Positions 58,277 to 64,000 of a stretch of 64,000 nt of DNA are shown piece after piece. The stretch comes from Candidatus Spongiisociaceae bacterium (GTDB taxonomy: Bacteria > Actinomycetota > Acidimicrobiia > Spongiisociales > Spongiisociaceae). The notes beneath the pieces are model-generated. The model was not told the origin of the DNA and searched no databases. It saw only the letters and a list, made by a program, of their open reading frames with translations. The translations under genes and the position numbers were made by a program. Position 1 is the first letter of the stretch. Each line of letters begins with the position of its first letter. The DNA lies in NCBI GenBank assembly GCA_965262915.1, contig OZ253564.1:1344001-1408000 (forward strand), read 5' to 3'.

Positions 58277-58311
58277 CAGTTAGGGATATCGAGTAACGAT
58301 ATCCCTAACTG
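58277..58311. repeat. Perfect 15-bp inverted repeat heading the heptamer array
   Basis: CAGTTAGGGATATCG-AGTAA-CGATATCCCTAACTG. Confidence 0.9.
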
Positions 58312-58528
58312 GCACCTGGCACCTGGCACCTGGCACCTGGCACCTGGACCTGGCACCTGGCACCTGGCACCTGGCACCTGATCCCTGATCCCTGGCACCT
58401 GATCCCTGGCACCTGACCCCTGGCACCTGGCACCTGGCACCTGGCACCTGGCACCTGGCACCTGGCACCTGGCACCTGGCACCTGACCCCTGGCACCTGG
58501 CACCTGGCACCTGGCACCTGGCACCTGA
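58309..58528 (+). repeat. Tandem heptamer array (CTGGCAC), about 31 units, with CTGATCC/CTGACCC variants
   Basis: Directly visible; ends about 5 nt before the mfd ATG. Confidence 0.97.
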
Positions 58529-58533
58529 CTACG

Positions 58534-61500
58534 ATGACCACCCTCGTGCGTGCACCGCTCTCAACCCTCCTCGATCGCTGGCGTCCCGACCACCTTCCCC
58601 GGTCTCCCGCAAGACTGGTGGTGCCCGCCGCTGCCCGGGCCATCACCATCGGGGGTATCGCCAGGCGAACCACCGGGCCGTTGCTCGTCGTGGTCCCCTC
58701 CGAGAGGGATGCCGAGGCACTGGCCGCCGACCTGCGCCTGTTCGTCGACGATGTGCTGCTGTTCCCGTCCTGGGAGACGCTCCCGTTCGAACATGTGTCG
58801 CCCAACATGGCGACGATGGCCCGCCGGGCCGAGGTCCGCCACCGGATGGCCGAGGCGCCCGACGGCCTGCTGGTGGTGACCTCCGTGAGGGCGGCCATCC
58901 AGCGCGCCAGCGCGTCCTCCACCCGACCCGTGGTCGTGCGGACCGGCACCGAGTACCCGTTCGAGGATCTGGTGCGCCGCCTCGACGAGGCCGGCTACTC
59001 GCGCACGGATCGGGTCGAGTCACGCGGCGAGTTCGCCGTGCGCGGCGGCATCGTCGATGCCTTCCCGGCCCAGGCCGACGATGCGTTCCGGGTCGAGTAC
59101 TGGGGCGACCACGTCGACGACATCCGGGTGTTCTCGATCGGGTCCCAGCGTTCGGTCAGGCCGGTGGACCGCCTGGTCGCCTACCCGGCTCGCGAGTTCC
59201 GTCCCGATCCTCAGGTCCGGGCTGCCGCCCGGGCTCTCGTATCGGCCGAGCCGTGGGCGTCCTCCATCTGGGATCGGATCGCCCAGGGAGTCAGGTTCGC
59301 GGGGATGGAGTCGTGGCTTCCGTGGTTGACCGAGCCCCGCAACTTCCTCGACGATCTGCCGGATGCGGGCACGCTGGTCCTACTCGATCCGGTACGGGCC
59401 CGATCCAGGGCCAACGATCTCACGGGCGAGGAGCAGGATCTGGCCGAGGCGCTGGCCGAGACCTGGGGTGATCGGTATCCCGACCACGGGCGTAGCCCCG
59501 CCCTGTTCCTCGACCTGGTCTCCTCCCTCCCGAGCCGCCTCATGGAGTGTCCGCCTCTTCCCACCCGACCGGAGGACAGGAGGATCGAGGTGGGCGCGCT
59601 GGATGCCACTCCGGGCGATCCGGAGGCGGTGGCCGCCGGCCTGTCGCGCTTGATGGCCCGCGGTATGGATGTGGTGCTCGCCATGGACGGCGCTCCGGCC
59701 GCTGCCCGGGTGGCGAGGATCCTGAGCGACCATGGGCTCGATCTACCCGTCGTGGAGCGGTTCGGCAAGGGTGCCCGGACCGGGGTCCTCGCCGATGGTT
59801 TGCACACCGGCGTGGTCCTCCCGGCGCTGAGGATCGCGGTCCTGGGGGAGCGGGAGATCGTCGGGCGCCGGAGGACCCATCGCCGTCCGGGCCCGAGACG
59901 GACCGCTTCCGGACCTGCCTACCGGGACCTGACAGCGGGTGACTACGTCGTGCACAGCCATCACGGTATCGGGCGTTTCGACGGCCTCGTCAGCCGCACC
60001 ATCGCCGGCGTCGAGCGGGACTACCTGGTCATCGCCTACGCCAAGGGTGACAAGCTATACGTTCCCACCGACCAGCTGACCGCGGTGCGCAAGTACACAG
60101 GTGGGGAGTCGCCCAGGGTGAGCCGGATGGGCGGCGGCGACTGGGCGGCGACCCGCAACCGGGTACGCCGGGAAGCCTCCGTCCTCGCCGACCACGTGGT
60201 AGCGGTCCACCGGGCCAGAGCCACCGCAGAGGGACACGCCTTCGCGCCGGACACCCCCTGGCAGCGGGAGCTCGAGGACGCCTTTCCCTACGAGGAGACC
60301 CGCGACCAGATACGGGCTATCCATGATGTCAAGGAGGACATGGAGTCCGCCGCCCCGATGGACCGGCTCGTGTTCGGCGATGTCGGGTTCGGAAAGACGG
60401 AGGTGGCGCTGCGGGCTGCCTTCAAGGCCATGACCGACGGGTTCCAGGTGGCGATGCTGTGCCCGACCACCCTGCTGGTTCAGCAACACTTCCAGACCTT
60501 CTTGGAGCGGTTCGATCCCTTCCCGGTGAGGGTGGAGATGCTCAGCCGGTTCCTCACTCCGTCCCAGGCCCGCAGGGTGATTACCGGCCTCGGGACCGGC
60601 GAGGTGGATGTGGTCATCGGCACGCACGGGCTGCTCGCAGACAGGGTCGTATTCCACAAGCTGGGTCTGCTCGTGGTGGACGAGGAGCATCGTTTCGGGG
60701 TCAAGGCCAAGGACCGCATCAAGGCCATGAAGGTGGGGGTGGATGTCCTGACCCTCACCGCCACGCCGATCCCCCGGACGCTGGAGATGGCCCTCACCGG
60801 TATCCGGGAGGTCAGCCACATCCTGACCCCGCCCGAGGACCGCCACCCGATCCTCACCTATGTGGGGCCGGACGATCCACGGGTCACGTCGGCGGCGATC
60901 CGCAGGGAACTGCTGCGGGAGGGACAGGTCTTCTACGTCCACAACCGGGTCCGGTCGATCGAGCACGCGGTGGCGAGGCTGCGCGAGTTGGTACCCGACG
61001 CGCGGTACGGAGTGGCCCATGGCCGCATGAACGAGGGACGGCTGGAACAGACCATGCTGGACTTCTGGGACCACCGCTATGACGTGCTCGTCGCCACAAC
61101 CATCATCGAATCCGGTCTCGACCTGCCCCAGGTCAACACGTTGATCGTCGAGCGGGCCGACCAACTCGGGCTTGCCCAGCTCTACCAGCTGCGGGGCCGG
61201 GTGGGCCGTTCCGGGCGCCGGGCCTACGCCTACCTGTTCCACCCCGAGGCGCCGTCCCTGTCCGAGACCGCCTCCCGGCGCCTGGAGGCGGTTGGGGAGT
61301 TCACCGAGCTGGGATCGGGCCTGCAACTCGCCATGCGCGACCTGGAGATCCGGGGCGCCGGGTCGGTGCTGGGCGAGGTGCAGTCGGGGCACATCGCCGC
61401 GGTGGGTTTCGACCTGTACGTGGAGTTGGTCTCGGAGGCCGTGGCCGAACGGATGGGTACCGAGTTGCCGGTCGACAGACCCAAGCAGGTGCGGATCGAC

Positions 61501-61959
61501 CTCCCCGTCGACGCCCACCTGCCTGAGGACTATGTGAGGGACCAGCACGCCCGTCTCGAGGCCTATCGCCGGCTCGCCGAGGCGGGTACCCAGGCGGAAG
61601 TGGAGGACGTGGCGGCCGAATGGCGGGACCGGTACGGGCCGATGCCCCCGGAGGCGGAGCGTCTGATCGAGACGGCCCGCCTCCGGGCCGAGGCCATACG
61701 TGTCGGGATCGAGGAGATCGTGAAGTTGCGCGGCGAGATCAGGCTGGGGCTGGTCAACCTGACCCAATCGCAGGAGATCCGGTTGCAGCGCCTGATCCCG
61801 AGGGCCATCGTGCGGGCTGCCGAAGCCAGGATGTTCATTCCCGCGCCTCCCGGCCGCAATCTCGTCGGTCACCTGCTTGACTTCCTGACCGCCATGTGGC
61901 CCCCCTCCGATCCTCGCGTTGCTTCCTCACACGGTGCGCAGGAGGGCCGTACCCCGTGA
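58534..61959 (+). CDS. mfd: Transcription-repair coupling factor
   Basis: FPSWETLPF, FAVRGGIVD, HHGIGRF, GDVGFGKTEVA, DEEH, TATPIPRT, QLRGRVGRS, DLEIRGAG. Confidence 0.97.
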   Translation: MTTLVRAPLSTLLDRWRPDHLPRSPARLVVPAAARAITIGGIARRTTGPLLVVVPSERDAEALAADLRLFVDDVLLFPSWETLPFEHVSPNMATMARRAEVRHRMAEAPDGLLVVTSVRAAIQRASASSTRPVVVRTGTEYPFEDLVRRLDEAGYSRTDRVESRGEFAVRGGIVDAFPAQADDAFRVEYWGDHVDDIRVFSIGSQRSVRPVDRLVAYPAREFRPDPQVRAAARALVSAEPWASSIWDRIAQGVRFAGMESWLPWLTEPRNFLDDLPDAGTLVLLDPVRARSRANDLTGEEQDLAEALAETWGDRYPDHGRSPALFLDLVSSLPSRLMECPPLPTRPEDRRIEVGALDATPGDPEAVAAGLSRLMARGMDVVLAMDGAPAAARVARILSDHGLDLPVVERFGKGARTGVLADGLHTGVVLPALRIAVLGEREIVGRRRTHRRPGPRRTASGPAYRDLTAGDYVVHSHHGIGRFDGLVSRTIAGVERDYLVIAYAKGDKLYVPTDQLTAVRKYTGGESPRVSRMGGGDWAATRNRVRREASVLADHVVAVHRARATAEGHAFAPDTPWQRELEDAFPYEETRDQIRAIHDVKEDMESAAPMDRLVFGDVGFGKTEVALRAAFKAMTDGFQVAMLCPTTLLVQQHFQTFLERFDPFPVRVEMLSRFLTPSQARRVITGLGTGEVDVVIGTHGLLADRVVFHKLGLLVVDEEHRFGVKAKDRIKAMKVGVDVLTLTATPIPRTLEMALTGIREVSHILTPPEDRHPILTYVGPDDPRVTSAAIRRELLREGQVFYVHNRVRSIEHAVARLRELVPDARYGVAHGRMNEGRLEQTMLDFWDHRYDVLVATTIIESGLDLPQVNTLIVERADQLGLAQLYQLRGRVGRSGRRAYAYLFHPEAPSLSETASRRLEAVGEFTELGSGLQLAMRDLEIRGAGSVLGEVQSGHIAAVGFDLYVELVSEAVAERMGTELPVDRPKQVRIDLPVDAHLPEDYVRDQHARLEAYRRLAEAGTQAEVEDVAAEWRDRYGPMPPEAERLIETARLRAEAIRVGIEEIVKLRGEIRLGLVNLTQSQEIRLQRLIPRAIVRAAEARMFIPAPPGRNLVGHLLDFLTAMWPPSDPRVASSHGAQEGRTP

Positions 61960-62054
61960 TCGGAAAGGAATAGGCCGTGGCTGTTCTCCCCGGTAGCATC
62001 GACGATCGGACGCCGGATACCCGAAACCGGTACAACCATTCGGAAGGAGGCCCG

Positions 62055-62999
62055 TTGCGCAGCTTCCACGCGCGCCAGAGCTCTTTTGTACGCCACCTGA
62101 TCTTCGTACCGGTACTGGTCCTGGCCCTGCTTGTGGCTGCGTGCGGGACGTCGGCCGGAGTGGCCACGGTCGATGGCGAGGCGATCACCTTCGATGAGGT
62201 GGCGGCGCTGCTTCCCCCCGAGGGGGATACCGTGGACCCGACGCTCTTTGCCCGTTCCCTGATGCTGGTGATCGCCGGCCGGGTGATGATGGCCGAGGCC
62301 GAGAGGCAGTTCGGCTTCACGGCCACCGATGACGAGATAGAGGCGAAGGTAGGGGAGTTGGTGCTCCTCAGCGGCCAGACCGAGGAGGAGATCCTCACCA
62401 CGCACAACCTGACCACCGCCTCGCTGCGGGCCATCGGCGCCCAGCAACTGATGGCGGACAAGATCATCGCCGAGCTGGTGACTTCGGAGCCCGAACCGAC
62501 CGAGGAGGAGCTCAGGGCGCGATACGAAACGCTACTGCCGAGCGCCACCGAGGTGTGCAGCTCCCACATCCTCCTCAAGAGTCCCGAGGAGGCGGAGGCG
62601 GCCCTCGAGCGGGCTTTGGCCGGTGAGGACTTCGGCGTATTGGCCATGGAACTGTCGGTGGGCCCGAGCGGACCCGACGGGGGCGATCTCGGGTGCTCGC
62701 CTCCCGACCGCTACGTCGGGGAGTTCGCCGCCGCCACGCTGGACGCCGAAGTGGGTATCCCCTACGGACCGGTCGCCACCCAATTCGGATGGCATGTGAT
62801 CCTCGTAGCTTCACGGACCGTCCCGAGCTTCGAGGACGTGCGGGCGTTGCTGGTGGAGGAGATCCGGTCGGCAGGCGGCGCCGGGCTCTGGAGCGACTGG
62901 ATGGTGGGGATCCTCAAATCCGCCGATGTGACGGTGGAACCGGAGTACGGCACATGGACGACCGACCCGGCGCCGGACGTAATCCCACCCAGCCCCTGA
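62055..62999 (+). CDS. PrsA/SurA-like peptidyl-prolyl isomerase lipoprotein
   Basis: Lipobox [25 protein letters not shown]; TTG start after GGAAGGAGG. Confidence 0.9.
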   Translation: MRSFHARQSSFVRHLIFVPVLVLALLVAACGTSAGVATVDGEAITFDEVAALLPPEGDTVDPTLFARSLMLVIAGRVMMAEAERQFGFTATDDEIEAKVGELVLLSGQTEEEILTTHNLTTASLRAIGAQQLMADKIIAELVTSEPEPTEEELRARYETLLPSATEVCSSHILLKSPEEAEAALERALAGEDFGVLAMELSVGPSGPDGGDLGCSPPDRYVGEFAAATLDAEVGIPYGPVATQFGWHVILVASRTVPSFEDVRALLVEEIRSAGGAGLWSDWMVGILKSADVTVEPEYGTWTTDPAPDVIPPSP

Positions 63000-64000
63000 G
63001 CAGCCCTCTGATCGTGGTCGGGCTGGGGCCGGGAACCCTGGCCCGGACCCCGGCCCATGTCGTCGAGGTGCTGGTGGATCCCACCAACCTGGTGATCCTT
63101 CGTACCGAGCGGCATCCGGCCGCCGCGCAGCTGGCCGCTCGCCGGGAGGTCGTGACCTGCGACGACCTCTACGAAGCGGCCGAAACCTTCGAGGAGGTGT
63201 ACGAGGCCATTGTCGACCGGGTACTCGAGGCTGCGGAGAGAGGTCCGGTCGTCTACGCGGTTCCGGGAAGCCCGCTGTACGGGGAGCGTTCGGTGGCAGG
63301 ACTTCGGGCCCGCTGCCGGGCACGGGGTCGCCCGATCCGGGTTTGGCCGGCGCCTTCGTTCCTCGACGAGGTGTTCGCCAGCCTGGAGATTGATCCCACC
63401 GAGCGGGGCTTCACGGTGCTCGACGGGAGGGACCTTCCCGATCCGCTCATGCTCCACCTGCCGACCGTCATATTCCAGGTCGACACCCCACTGGTACTCG
63501 ACGACGTGGTGGGACGGCTGGGGCGCACCCTCCGTTCCGATACGCCGGTCACGGTGCTGTCCGACCTGGGAACTTCCCGGGCAACGGTGTCCACCTACCC
63601 GATAGGTGCCATACCTCCTGAAGTGGCCGGGCTGCGCACCACCCTCTTCCTCGACCCGCCTGACACCGGCGTGGTGGGGGCGATCAGAGCCATGCGGCGT
63701 CTGCGGAAGGAGTGTCCCTGGGACCGCCGCCAGACCCACGAGTCCCTGACGCCGTACGCGGTGGAGGAGACCTTCGAGTTGCTGGAGGCGATCAGCCACC
63801 TCCCTGCCGGCTCCCCGGCGGTGGAGGAACCGGACTACGTGGCCTATGCCGATGTGGAGGAGGAACTCGGAGATGTGCTGCTCCAGGTGATCTTCCACTC
63901 CAATCTGGCGTCGGAGGTGGGAGCCTTCGGCATCGAGGATGTGGCCGAGACGCTGCTCCGCAAGCTGATCCACCGTCACCCTCACGTGTTCGGCGACCTC
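62996..64000 (+). CDS. mazG: Tetrapyrrole methylase-like/MazG nucleoside triphosphate pyrophosphohydrolase (YabN-like), partial
   Basis: [64 protein letters not shown]. Confidence 0.92.
   Translation, partial: MSSPLIVVGLGPGTLARTPAHVVEVLVDPTNLVILRTERHPAAAQLAARREVVTCDDLYEAAETFEEVYEAIVDRVLEAAERGPVVYAVPGSPLYGERSVAGLRARCRARGRPIRVWPAPSFLDEVFASLEIDPTERGFTVLDGRDLPDPLMLHLPTVIFQVDTPLVLDDVVGRLGRTLRSDTPVTVLSDLGTSRATVSTYPIGAIPPEVAGLRTTLFLDPPDTGVVGAIRAMRRLRKECPWDRRQTHESLTPYAVEETFELLEAISHLPAGSPAVEEPDYVAYADVEEELGDVLLQVIFHSNLASEVGAFGIEDVAETLLRKLIHRHPHVFGDL

Noticed and set aside
58309-58528. Heptamer arrays as a CRISPR array or as coding (VPGARCQ ORFs)
   Set aside because: There are no unique spacers and no cas genes. 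The ORFs are a by-product of a stop-free 7-bp period.
60055-61872. Long antisense or alternate-frame ORFs (e.g. 17100-18713, 48996-50354, 54887-56998, 60055-61872)
   Set aside because: They are shadows of well-supported genes in high-GC DNA and have no family motifs.

Overview
High-GC actinobacterial chromosome segment. Gene content and the SLH/PPC remnants suggest Acidimicrobiia, possibly host-associated; this is inference. Intact blocks are modABC, a glycine-betaine-type ABC transporter, hpnCDE plus a prenyl synthase, purine uptake/deaminase, rplY-pth, glpK-pgsA and mfd-PPIase-mazG. They are interleaved with many pseudogenes and a decayed island at about 33.7-47.9 kb. Main results: (1) A complete IS110 element (15847-17327) sits at a CT core inside a tandem heptamer array (CTGACAC)n. 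Its left end encodes a readable bridge RNA whose four guide segments match the repeat (target) and the element's own circle junction (donor). By G:T wobble the guides also fit a second, unoccupied (CTGGCAC)n array upstream of mfd. (2) Five full IS copies from four families (IS1182, IS630, IS5, 2x IS1380) and several MITEs all sit at CTAG, sometimes stacked. (3) A peroxiredoxin has TGA at the catalytic Cys position and a SECIS-like hairpin, so it is a likely selenoprotein. No tRNA, rRNA or CRISPR array was seen. All calls were made by eye without database searches.
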